64,000 nucleotides of DNA from Polyangiales bacterium (GTDB lineage Bacteria; Myxococcota_A; Polyangia; Polyangiales; Ga0077539): the NCBI GenBank assembly GCA_044229975.1, contig JBGARZ010000005.1, positions 96,001-160,000 of the forward strand, given 5' to 3'. Under the pieces are notes generated by a model. It searched no databases. It was given only the letters and a program-made list of their open reading frames with translations, and had not been told where the DNA came from. Every line of letters begins with the position of its first letter. The first letter of the stretch is position 1. The translations under genes were made by a program, and so were the position numbers. This document shows, piece by piece, positions 18,545-27,243 of this stretch.

Positions 18545-20217
18545 CACGAGCGCCCGTCGGGAACCGCTTCGTACACCACGTCGGCGCGGATGATGGTGCG
18601 CTCGCCCGGTCCGTCCCAGCGGGCGACGTCGTGGCAGAGACGGTGGTCGAAGACGAGCGCGTCGCCGCACACCGGGTGCACGGCGGCGATGACCTCGTCA
18701 TCGCGGGTGTCGCGGCTCCAATCGCCGTAGTCGCGCTTGTCGGTGGGGAGGTGCTCCTGCCCGTCGCGGACGAAGCGCGTGGCCCCGCTCGCGGGCGCGT
18801 CGGTCAGATAGAACACCACCGACATCAACGTGCGCCGCCCGTCGCCGTAGTCGTAGCCCGCGTCGTAGTGGCAGAGGTGCCTGCCGCCCGGGTCGTAGCG
18901 CATGAAGCGCAGCAGCGGCGAGAGTCCCACCACGCGCCACGATCGGCGGCCCGGGGCATCCGTGTGGTCGCGCGGGCCCACGAAGCGCACCGACGGGACC
19001 ACAGGCGCCAGTCGTTGCCACAGCGCCGCCGCGAGCGCTGGGGACCAGGCCGTGGCGCGCACCGACCCGACGCCGTAGCTGTCGCGAACGCCGGTGACGC
19101 CGACGGGTTCGGCGCAGCCCGAAGCCGCCATCGCGTCTCGGAGGCGACGCGCATCGTCACGGGTGAGCGCGCCGTGGAGCACCCTTGCGATGCCGGCAAC
19201 ACCCACCACCGTCGTCCACGCGGGCAACCCGACGAGCGGGTCGAGTTCGATGGGCGGCGGGTCCCACGCGCCCGGTATGGCGCCCGGTGGTGGGCGTCGC
19301 TCGGTGCGCCCGGCGAGAGCGGTGTTGTCCCATCCGCCGGGGACGCCACGCGGCATCACGTCGAGGTGCACCGCGGGCGAACCGACGCGGTACTTGTGGG
19401 CGTTGACGGCGTGCAGTCGATCGACCGCAGCGGTCGCTTCGTGTCCCGCGAGCGTGGGGTCGCGACCGAGCTCACGGAGGCGCAGCACGGCCTCGACCAC
19501 GTCGTACGGGGCGCCGATCATGGCCTCGTCGGAGCGGCCGTCGAAGACGTCTCCCGAGGGTGTCGCGTCGACGACCTCAGCGGGGACTCCGAGGCGGAGA
19601 GCGAGCGCGCGCACCTCGGACTTGTGGAGGTCGGAGATGGGCTGGAGGTCGACCATGGCGTCCGACGCCTTCCCGAAGAAGCCGAGGTAGGCACCCTCGT
19701 CGCGGTTGGTGGTTCCGACCACGACGGCGCGGAGGCCGTGGGCCTGGAGGAGGGCCGCGGCCCCGTAGAGCGCGGGCGTGCGAACCACGCTCAAACACTG
19801 CCCCTCCGACCACGCGTCGAAGGCCATCCCCGACGCGCGCGAGAGCGACCCGACGATGGCCGCGAGCCCGTCGGTCAGCGGCGCCTCCCACGCCTCGGCA
19901 CCCAGCGCGGCAGCCACGCGACGACCCCGCTCGGTGGCCTCGGTCTGCGCGGTGGCACCACGACCTCCGACCGGCATGAGCAGCGCCACCACGCGCCGCA
20001 GGGGAGAGCCCTCCAGCGAGGCCACCGCGCGAAGGAGAGCGAGCACCAGCGCCGAATCGACCCCACCGCTGACGCCCACCACCGCCGCGTCGAGGCCCTG
20101 CTCCACGAACCAACGAGCGATCCGTCCGACCTTCGCGGCGGCGACCTCGGCGGCGTCGAATCCCCGCACCACGCGGAGCCGATCGACGACGCGCGTGGAG
20201 GTCTGCCCCTCGCTCAT
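18544..20217 (-). CDS. nadE: NH3-dependent NAD+ synthetase fused to a C-terminal 2OG-Fe(II) dioxygenase
   Basis: AVVGVSGGVDSA (PP-loop), GTTNRDE..LGFFGK..D..VDLQPISDLHKSEV, PS.D...G..DE. C-terminal RFMRY...HYD...SVVFYL...G.T.F...GDALVFDH...H......R (HxD...H...R). No glutaminase domain. Confidence 0.87.
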   Translation of the reverse strand: MSEGQTSTRVVDRLRVVRGFDAAEVAAAKVGRIARWFVEQGLDAAVVGVSGGVDSALVLALLRAVASLEGSPLRRVVALLMPVGGRGATAQTEATERGRRVAAALGAEAWEAPLTDGLAAIVGSLSRASGMAFDAWSEGQCLSVVRTPALYGAAALLQAHGLRAVVVGTTNRDEGAYLGFFGKASDAMVDLQPISDLHKSEVRALALRLGVPAEVVDATPSGDVFDGRSDEAMIGAPYDVVEAVLRLRELGRDPTLAGHEATAAVDRLHAVNAHKYRVGSPAVHLDVMPRGVPGGWDNTALAGRTERRPPPGAIPGAWDPPPIELDPLVGLPAWTTVVGVAGIARVLHGALTRDDARRLRDAMAASGCAEPVGVTGVRDSYGVGSVRATAWSPALAAALWQRLAPVVPSVRFVGPRDHTDAPGRRSWRVVGLSPLLRFMRYDPGGRHLCHYDAGYDYGDGRRTLMSVVFYLTDAPASGATRFVRDGQEHLPTDKRDYGDWSRDTRDDEVIAAVHPVCGDALVFDHRLCHDVARWDGPGERTIIRADVVYEAVPDGRS

Positions 20218-20269
20218 GACCGGACCACCGACCCAACCTGAATCCACCACCGCGCGGGCGCTCCTCAGG

Positions 20270-21844
20270 TCAGGAGCATCCCTCATCGACGATGCCGTTG
20301 CAGTTGTCATCGCAGCCGTTGCACCGCTCGCGCGTTCCCTGGCTGCACGCTCCGCACGCCGGTGTTGGCGCGACCGGGGCGTTGGCCGCGGGCTCGTCCT
20401 GGGCTCCGGGATACCCCGTTTGCCGCTGCCAGTACCTCGGGCGACGACGCCAGGGGCGCGGCCCCGCTTCGACCTGCGGCACGGGCTCCGGGGCCACGAC
20501 GGGGGGCGGCGCCGGAAGCGGCGCGGGCTCGGGCTGCACCGCGGAGTACGGCGGCGGCGAGGTCGGCGGCGGAGCGGCCGGACGCACGACCCGCGGCGGG
20601 GTCGGTCGCGCTGCCGGTCGAGCGACGGGAGCGCGCGGTGCAGGCGCCGACGGTACCTCCACCGAACTCGGCGGCACCACCGGCGCCACCACCGGGGCGG
20701 GCGCTTCCACGATGGGCCGATGTTCGGTCACCGTGGGCGCGCTCGACGCCAGCGACGCGCGCGGCGGCGCCTCGGATCGCGTCGCCCGAACCACCGCCCA
20801 CGCCCCGAAGCTCAGCGCCGGAACCAGCACCGCCGCCGCAACCACCGCCACCGACCACGCACGCCGCGGTCGCACCGAGCGCGCGACGTCGCCCAGCACC
20901 GGCCGCCACGGAACCGACGGCTCCCCCACCGCCGTCGGCGCGACCGCCGCCGCCGACGTCGACAGCGCGAGGAAGCCCGCGATGCACGGCTCGGCGCTCG
21001 GATACCGCTCGGCCGCGTCCCTCGCCACGCACTTCGCAAACCACTGGTCGAAGCCCGCGGGCAGCTTCACCGCGAGGCCCAGCTCGGCGACGCGCACGCT
21101 CGCCGTCACCAGCGGCGCGGCGAACATCTCCATCAGCACCACCTGGAGCGGCGCGTCTTCGGTCGCGCACTTCCAGTACGAGCGCCCCGCGAGCAGCGCG
21201 AACCCGATGAGCCCGAGCGCCCATACGTCCGTCGCCGGGGTGATCAGCCCGCCGTGGGTCTGCTCGGGCGCCATCCAGAGCGGCGTGCCCAATCCCCCGA
21301 GCGTCGCGCCCGTGGCCCGCGTCTCCTGCATCACCTTCGCGATGCCGAAGTCGAGGATCTTCACCGTCGACCCGATGCCCTCGCGCCGCGTCTCCGCCAG
21401 GAAGAGGTTCTCCGGCTTCAGGTCTCGATGAACGATCCCCAGCCGGTGCGCCCTCGTCAGCGCGTGCCCTGCCTGCCGCATCACGTCCTGCGCCTCGCCC
21501 AGCCCGAACGCCCCGCGCTCCAACAACTTCGCCGCGAGGTCACTCCCGTGCAGCAGCTCCATGGCCATCCACGGGATGTCCATCTGCGGGTCGACTCCAG
21601 CACCGACCACCTCCACCACGTGGTCGCTCGCGATCTTCGCGCCGAGCCTCGCCTCCTGCGTGAAGCGCTCACGCAACGACGCGTCGTGGAGCATCCGCGG
21701 GTGCATCACCTTGAGCGCCCGCTGCTTCCCCGTGGAGAGCTGCTCGGCCACGTACACCGAGCCCATGCCCCCTTCGGCCAGGCGCTTCACGATGCGGTAG
21801 TCCCCCGCAAACACCGACCCGGGCATGAGCAGCGACGGCACCAT
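20270..21844 (-). CDS. Membrane Ser/Thr protein kinase with Pro-rich ectodomain and C-terminal Cys/Asp metal-binding motif
   Basis: EGGMGSVY, ALK, HRDLKPEN, DFG, WMAPEQ; one TM helix; ends 'ERCNGCDDNCNGIVDEGC'. Confidence 0.92.
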   Translation of the reverse strand: MVPSLLMPGSVFAGDYRIVKRLAEGGMGSVYVAEQLSTGKQRALKVMHPRMLHDASLRERFTQEARLGAKIASDHVVEVVGAGVDPQMDIPWMAMELLHGSDLAAKLLERGAFGLGEAQDVMRQAGHALTRAHRLGIVHRDLKPENLFLAETRREGIGSTVKILDFGIAKVMQETRATGATLGGLGTPLWMAPEQTHGGLITPATDVWALGLIGFALLAGRSYWKCATEDAPLQVVLMEMFAAPLVTASVRVAELGLAVKLPAGFDQWFAKCVARDAAERYPSAEPCIAGFLALSTSAAAVAPTAVGEPSVPWRPVLGDVARSVRPRRAWSVAVVAAAVLVPALSFGAWAVVRATRSEAPPRASLASSAPTVTEHRPIVEAPAPVVAPVVPPSSVEVPSAPAPRAPVARPAARPTPPRVVRPAAPPPTSPPPYSAVQPEPAPLPAPPPVVAPEPVPQVEAGPRPWRRRPRYWQRQTGYPGAQDEPAANAPVAPTPACGACSQGTRERCNGCDDNCNGIVDEGCS

Positions 21845-21945
21845 CCCACCCTCCGTAGAGCCGTCTCACGCTCAGCGCCATGGCGCGCCTGACCGCGGTG
21901 CTCACCACAAACACAGCGGTGAATCGACGACCCGCGCGGAGAGTC

Positions 21946-22554
21946 TCAGCCCGACCGCAGCAGCGCCTCGGCCAGCGCCGCCCGCCGCGCCCGCTGGGTG
22001 CCCGCCGCCAACACGATGGCCTTGAGCTCCTCCACGGCGACGTAGAGGTCGTCGTTGACGATGAGGTGATCGAAGAGGCCGTAGTGCGAGACCTCGCCGC
22101 GCGCGTTGCCGAGGCGCCGCTTGATGGTCTCGGCCGAGTCGGTCTGCCGATTCGACAAGCGTCCTGCCAGCACCTCCCAGGACGGCGGCAGGACGAACAC
22201 CGCCACCGCCTCGGGGATCGCCGCCTTCACCTGCCGGGCCCCCTGCACGTCGATGACGTACACCACCCCGCGGTGCGTCCGGCGAGCGTCGCGCACCCTC
22301 GCCATGGACGTCCCGTAGCGCTGGCCGTGGACGTCGGCCCACTCGCAGAGGTCGCCGTCCGCGATCATCCGGTCGAAGGCCGCGTGGTCGACGAAGTGGT
22401 AGTCACGCCCGTCGACCTCCCCCACCCGCGGCGCCCGCGTCGTGTTGGACACGCTCTGTACCAGCCACGGAAACGCCTCCAGCAGGTGGCGCACCAGGGT
22501 CGTCTTTCCCGCCCCCGACGGCGACGTCACGATGAGGTGCAGAAACCCGTCCAT
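21946..22554 (-). CDS. gmk: Guanylate kinase
   Basis: SPSGAGKTT, SVS.TTR.PR.GEVDGRDYHFV, IDVQGA, FVLPPS, IVNDDL. Confidence 0.96.
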   Translation of the reverse strand: MDGFLHLIVTSPSGAGKTTLVRHLLEAFPWLVQSVSNTTRAPRVGEVDGRDYHFVDHAAFDRMIADGDLCEWADVHGQRYGTSMARVRDARRTHRGVVYVIDVQGARQVKAAIPEAVAVFVLPPSWEVLAGRLSNRQTDSAETIKRRLGNARGEVSHYGLFDHLIVNDDLYVAVEELKAIVLAAGTQRARRAALAEALLRSG

Positions 22555-22558
22555 CGCC

Positions 22559-23425
22559 TCACTCCACGTTCTGCGCCTGCTCTCGCATGCGCTCGAGGTC
22601 AGCCTTCAGCGCCACCACGCCCGTCGTCACCGCCGCGTCGGTGGCCTTCGCGCCCAGCGTGTTGGCCTCGCGCGCCATCTCCTGCAGCAGGAAGTCCATC
22701 CGCCGACCGATGGCGCCGCCCTCCGCGAGCAGCAAGCGCATCGCCTCGACGTGCGCCCGCAGCCGCGTGAGCTCCTCGGTCACGTCCGACCGCTCGCTCC
22801 ACAGCACCACCTCCTGCACCAGCCGCGACTCGTCGACCGACACGCCCGCCAGCGCCGCCAGCACCCGCTGCCGCGCCCGGTCGCGCAGCCGCGCCGTCAT
22901 GCCCTCCGCGCCCGCAGCCGCCGCCTCGACGCCGCGCGCCACCGAGTCCAGCAGCCCCTCCATCGCCCGCAGCAGGTGCGCCCCCTCGCCCACGCGGCTC
23001 TCCTCGAAGCGCGCCACCGCCGCCGTCAGCGACGCCTCCAGCGCCTCACGCGCCTCGCCCGGCGCAAAGGCCGACGCCCCACCAAACAGATCGGGCACCG
23101 CGCCCAGCACCGACAGCGGAACCCGCTCGGCGTACCCCAGCGCATCCGCCATCCGCTGCATCGCGTCGAGCGTCGCCCGCGCCCGCGCCTCGTCGAATCC
23201 CGCACCACCCCCCAGCGCGCCTTCGAGGTGGCCGCTCACGTCGACCCGACCGCGCGACAGGTGCGCCCGCACCCGCTGCTCGACGAAGACGCTGTGCTCG
23301 ACGAGCTCGCGCGGCAAACGAACGCGCACTTCGAGGTAGCGGTGGTTCACCGCACGGAGTTCGAGCGAGACCTTCGCGCCGCCGAGGGGAGCGCCACCCG
23401 CCCCGAAGCCGGTCATGCTCCGCAC
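22559..23425 (-). CDS. yicC: YicC/YloC family endoribonuclease
   Basis: SMTGFG, ELRAVNHRYL, DVTEELTRL, GRRMDFLLQEMAREANT, MREQAQNVE; canonical position upstream of gmk. Confidence 0.94.
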   Translation of the reverse strand: MRSMTGFGAGGAPLGGAKVSLELRAVNHRYLEVRVRLPRELVEHSVFVEQRVRAHLSRGRVDVSGHLEGALGGGAGFDEARARATLDAMQRMADALGYAERVPLSVLGAVPDLFGGASAFAPGEAREALEASLTAAVARFEESRVGEGAHLLRAMEGLLDSVARGVEAAAAGAEGMTARLRDRARQRVLAALAGVSVDESRLVQEVVLWSERSDVTEELTRLRAHVEAMRLLLAEGGAIGRRMDFLLQEMAREANTLGAKATDAAVTTGVVALKADLERMREQAQNVE

Positions 23426-23439
23426 GGGTCAGTGACCTC

Positions 23440-24378
23440 TCAGGCGCTGACGGGGTTGGCGCGGTACCAGTCGATGGCCTTCTTCAGACCAGCGCGCAGG
23501 TCGAACAAGATCTCGTACCCGATGAGCTTCTGCGCCGCCGTGATGTCGGCCAGCGAGTCGCGCACGTCGCCCACGCGGCCGGGGCCGTACTCGGGCGTGA
23601 CGTTGGTGCCGAGCTCTTCGTTGATGAGCTTGATGAGCGAGTTGAGCGACACGCGCGCGCCGCAGGCCACGTTGACCACCTCGCCCGCCGTGGTGGCCTT
23701 GGCCGCCAGGAGGTTGGCGCTCACGGTGTTTTCGATGAAGCAGAAGTCACGCGTCTGCTCGCCGTCGCCGAAGATGATCGGCCGACCGCCGTTGAGGATG
23801 GTCGTCACGAAGCGCGGGATGACCGCGGCGTACTCGCTCTTCGGATCCTGCCGCGGACCGAAGACGTTGAAGTAGCGCAGCGACACCGTCTCGAAGCCGT
23901 AGATGCGACCGAACACCGAGACGTAGTGCTCGCCCGTCAGCTTGCTGATGGCGTAGGGGCTCATCGGCCGCGGGGTCATGGTCTCGACCTTCGGCAGCGT
24001 CGGCGTGTCGCCGTAGGCGCTGGAGCTGGCGGCGTAGACCAGCTTGCGGACGCCCGCGAGCCGCGCGGCGTTGAGCACTTCGACGGTGCCGCCCACGTTG
24101 GCGCGGTTGCTCGCCACCGGGTCGGCCACGCTGCGCGCCACGCTCGGAATCGCCGCCTCGTGAAACACCAGCTCGACGCCGTCCATGGCGCGGCCGATGG
24201 CGTCGGGGTCGCAGATGTCGCCCTCGAAGAAGGTGATCTGCTTCTTCACGCGCTCGATGTTTTCGCGCTTGCCGGTCGCGAAATTGTCGATGACCCGCAC
24301 CTCGGCGCCCTGCGTGAGCAGCGCGTCGATGAGGTGACCGCCGATGAAGCCCGCCCCGCCCGTGATCAGCACCTTCAT
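23440..24378 (-). CDS. NAD-dependent nucleotide-sugar epimerase/dehydratase (extended SDR, WbpP/GalE-like)
   Basis: TGGAGFIG, ASSSAYG, YAISK (YxxxK), LRYFNVFGPRQ, GDGEQTRDF. Confidence 0.93.
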   Translation of the reverse strand: MKVLITGGAGFIGGHLIDALLTQGAEVRVIDNFATGKRENIERVKKQITFFEGDICDPDAIGRAMDGVELVFHEAAIPSVARSVADPVASNRANVGGTVEVLNAARLAGVRKLVYAASSSAYGDTPTLPKVETMTPRPMSPYAISKLTGEHYVSVFGRIYGFETVSLRYFNVFGPRQDPKSEYAAVIPRFVTTILNGGRPIIFGDGEQTRDFCFIENTVSANLLAAKATTAGEVVNVACGARVSLNSLIKLINEELGTNVTPEYGPGRVGDVRDSLADITAAQKLIGYEILFDLRAGLKKAIDWYRANPVSA

Positions 24379-24389
24379 GCGAACGCCCT

Positions 24390-24707
24390 CTACTGCTTCT
24401 TCGGGGCGAACAACGCCGCCAGCTTCGACTTCGCCTTCAGCTCGCCCTCGTTGCTGCCGGGAGAGCCGTTCTTGAACGTGAAGAACGAACAGAAGTTCGC
24501 CGCCTCACGGTCGGGGATGTACTCGGTGATCTTCTCGCGGCACTGGTTGTGGGCGCTCACGTCCCAGTACTCGCAGTTCTTGCAGCACTGGAGGTCGGCG
24601 CCGCAGTGCGTGCACTGGTCTCGGCGGCCCATCTTGACCTCGAAGACCAGCTCGTTTTTGCACTTGTGGCAGAAGTGCTTCTTCTCATCGACCTTGGGAA
24701 TCCACAT
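24390..24707 (-). CDS. Small Cys-rich (Zn/Fe-S binding) hypothetical protein
   Basis: CHKC, CTHC, CCKNC, C, NFC within 105 aa; in an operon with its neighbours. Confidence 0.75.
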   Translation of the reverse strand: MWIPKVDEKKHFCHKCKNELVFEVKMGRRDQCTHCGADLQCCKNCEYWDVSAHNQCREKITEYIPDREAANFCSFFTFKNGSPGSNEGELKAKSKLAALFAPKKQ

Positions 24708-24730
24708 GGCGGTGGTCTCAGCTCTCGTGA

Positions 24731-25243
24731 TCAGGTGAGGCCGCGACGGCGCTTCACCTGCTCCGTCACGCGCTGATATTCAACCTCCCAGGTGCGGGTG
24801 CCCTCCTGGAAGTTCTTGATCTGGTCGCGGACCTCCTTGTCGAGCTCCTCGTCCGCGGCCATGTGACGCTCCAGCACCTTCTTGCACTTGCGCCGGATGA
24901 CGTCGTCCTCGGAGAAGACCTCCTCGATGTGCGGCGACCGCATCATGAGCTCGAGGATCTGGTTGAGGATGTACGAGATCGCGTCGCCGCCGAGCCCGAT
25001 GTTGCGCTGATCGGCCAGCGTCTTCTTCACCCGCGAGATGTCCTCGCGACCGCCGCCGAGCTGCTCCACGCGGTCTTTCGCCTTCTCGGTGAGGTCGCGC
25101 TCCATGCGGAGGTACTCGCGCAGGACGGCCTCGATGTCGGCCTCGGCCTCGCGCGCGTTGGAGACCTCGACGTCCTTCTCGGCGGTCAACACCCGCACGA
25201 TGTCCATCGCGATCACCGGAACCTTGCTGGAATAGAGCTTCAT
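24731..25243 (-). CDS. DUF507 family protein
   Basis: MKLYSSKVP.IA..., 'IEEVFSEDD..R', 'ELDKEVR..IKN..EG...WEVEY' pattern. Confidence 0.75.
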   Translation of the reverse strand: MKLYSSKVPVIAMDIVRVLTAEKDVEVSNAREAEADIEAVLREYLRMERDLTEKAKDRVEQLGGGREDISRVKKTLADQRNIGLGGDAISYILNQILELMMRSPHIEEVFSEDDVIRRKCKKVLERHMAADEELDKEVRDQIKNFQEGTRTWEVEYQRVTEQVKRRRGLT

Positions 25244-25315
25244 GCAGGCGAAATCGTATGCCCCGCAGCCCCGGCGGGTGTCAACGCGCGAGTGACGTAC
25301 TTCGCACCGTCGTAG

Positions 25316-25996
25316 CTACGGCTGCACCGCCCCGGCCTGGCCCATGTTGGCGACCCGCTGCCGCAGCCGCCGCAGGAGCTCGGGGAAACCCCGATCGCGG
25401 ATGATGCGGGTGTATGCCTCGCGGTAGCTCTGCACCAGCGACGACCCGTTGGTGACGAGGTCGTGGACCACCCACCCGGTGCCCCGCGCCGACAGGCGGT
25501 ATTCGATGTTGACGGGGGTCGCGCGGGGGTTGGTGCGCGAGCGGGCCACGGTCCGAACCACCATGGTGTTGTTGGGCCCCGCCTCGGCGGGCGAGTAGTT
25601 CACGGCCCAGTCCAGGGTGGAGTCGAGGTTGTTGCGGTAGTTGCGCTCGATGAGCTGCCGCAGCAGCGAGACGAACTCCGTCTGGTCGGCGGGCGTCTGC
25701 TGCTCGAAGTGGGGCGCGAGCGCCGCGCGACCGAGGGCCTCGACGTCGAGCATGTCGTTGAGGATGCGCGCCACCTGCGCGTCCCTCGTGGCGATGGCAG
25801 CCGTGCCCGCATCGGCGCCCGTTCGTAGCAGGCGACTGACGGCGGCGTGCCGGGTCTCGACCCAGCGTCGCGCATCCCCCGCGGCCGCGGTGGGCGGCGT
25901 CGGCGGCGCGGGCTGCGCCGAGGCGGGCAGCGCGGACAAGAGCAATGCGGTCGAGAGCAGCGCGGACTTCAAGCATCGGGGAAGGATCATCGTCAT
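25316..25996 (-). CDS. MlaC/Ttg2D-family phospholipid-binding periplasmic protein
   Basis: Signal peptide; 'D...LGR.AL..HF.......Q.EF..L', 'IEYRL....W.V.D....G.SLV.SYR..Y..II...G...L'. The start codon is approximate. Confidence 0.85.
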   Translation of the reverse strand: MTMILPRCLKSALLSTALLLSALPASAQPAPPTPPTAAAGDARRWVETRHAAVSRLLRTGADAGTAAIATRDAQVARILNDMLDVEALGRAALAPHFEQQTPADQTEFVSLLRQLIERNYRNNLDSTLDWAVNYSPAEAGPNNTMVVRTVARSRTNPRATPVNIEYRLSARGTGWVVHDLVTNGSSLVQSYREAYTRIIRDRGFPELLRRLRQRVANMGQAGAVQP

Positions 25997-26079
25997 CGGG
26001 TTGTACCTCCGAACTCGCGGTGGACGTACGACGGCCATCGGTGGATTCATCGCGACTGCGGTATGGTGCTGCCGTTGCC

Positions 26080-27219
26080 ATGACACCAGCGGGAACCCCG
26101 ACGCGCGCCCTCCGCGCGATGCTCGCCTTCTCCCTCGCCGGGTGCGGCGTTGACGCCGAGCTGCCGACCACGGACGAAGCCCCGCTCGTCGACGCGGTCA
26201 CCGTCGACACCAGCACCCCCGCGGCGCGGGCCCAGTACGACGCCAACGTGTCCTTCGCGCGGCGCTACCGGGCGCGGTGTGTTGCGGGCGCGTCGCCCCG
26301 CCCGAGGGTGCTCGTCACGGGCTTCGGGCGCTTTCTCGACAACGTCACCAACGTGAGCGGCGAGGTGGTGAGCGCGCTCGTCCCGGGGACGCTCTACCCG
26401 ATGACCGAACGCCCGCCCGTGGGGACGGTCGACGACCCCGCGCCGCAGACGGCGGTGACGCAGGCGACGGTGACCCTGCCCGGCGTCGGCGCCGTCGACG
26501 TGTGCGCCATGGTGCTGCCCGTGTACTGGGACCTCGCGGCCATCCTCGCGCTCAAGGAGGCGCAGACCTTTGCGCCCGACCTCGTGGTGATGAACGGCAT
26601 CGCCGGCCCCGCGCAAGACCTCTGGCTGGAGCTCGGCTCGGTCAACCGCGCGATGGTGCTGCGCGACGGGTCGGACACGCTGGTGCCGCGCGCGCCGACG
26701 GGGCGGTCGTACGCGAGGTTGGTTCCGTCGGCGCTGGAGAGCGACAACCTGCGGGGGATGTTGCTGTCTTGGGACGACGTTCGCGCGGCGGCGGAGCAGC
26801 GCATCGCGGCGGCAGCGGAGGTGACGAGCGACGGTCGCGCGCTGCGGGATGTGCTGCCCGGCGTGAAGTTCGGCGGCTTCCCGCGCGATGGCAACACGTA
26901 CCTCTGCAACAACATCAGCTACGTCGTGAACTACGCGATGGACCACCCGGGTCGCGCGCTCACGCTGTTGCAGGCGAGCGTCACGCGCCGCGGGGTTCCC
27001 AACCGGGTGACGGTGCAGGTCGACCGCGATCTGCGGCGGGTGCCGAGGGTCTTCGTTCACTGGCCGTCGCTGCTGGCGGGCGAGCAGATCAACGCGGGGG
27101 CCGATGTCCTGCGCGCGATGATCGACGCCCAGCTCGCGGCCCTCGACGGAAGAGGCTCCGCGCCCACCCGCGGCGACAACGCGCGGGCGGAGCTGATGGC
27201 GAGCGGCGAGACGTTCTAG
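26080..27219 (+). CDS. Pyroglutamyl-peptidase I (C15)-like lipoprotein
   Basis: Lipobox SLAGC; VLVTGFGRF, LPV.W, PD.V...G, and the catalytic Glu (WLE), Cys (YLCN) and His (FVHWP). Confidence 0.78.
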   Translation: MTPAGTPTRALRAMLAFSLAGCGVDAELPTTDEAPLVDAVTVDTSTPAARAQYDANVSFARRYRARCVAGASPRPRVLVTGFGRFLDNVTNVSGEVVSALVPGTLYPMTERPPVGTVDDPAPQTAVTQATVTLPGVGAVDVCAMVLPVYWDLAAILALKEAQTFAPDLVVMNGIAGPAQDLWLELGSVNRAMVLRDGSDTLVPRAPTGRSYARLVPSALESDNLRGMLLSWDDVRAAAEQRIAAAAEVTSDGRALRDVLPGVKFGGFPRDGNTYLCNNISYVVNYAMDHPGRALTLLQASVTRRGVPNRVTVQVDRDLRRVPRVFVHWPSLLAGEQINAGADVLRAMIDAQLAALDGRGSAPTRGDNARAELMASGETF

Positions 27220-27243
27220 CGACAAGCCTGAGGGAGAGACCCG

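Noticed and set aside
17033..20217. Calling the NAD cassette NARP1 or NARP2
   Set aside because: No Nampt/Namat-type (type II PRTase) gene is present, and NadE and a 2OG oxygenase are not components of those pathways. Only the concept is similar.
25253..25284. TTGACA...TACGAT sigma-70 promoter for the DUF507 operon (minus strand)
   Set aside because: The spacing is 20 nt, too long for a canonical pair. Only the -10 element was used, in the leaderless finding.
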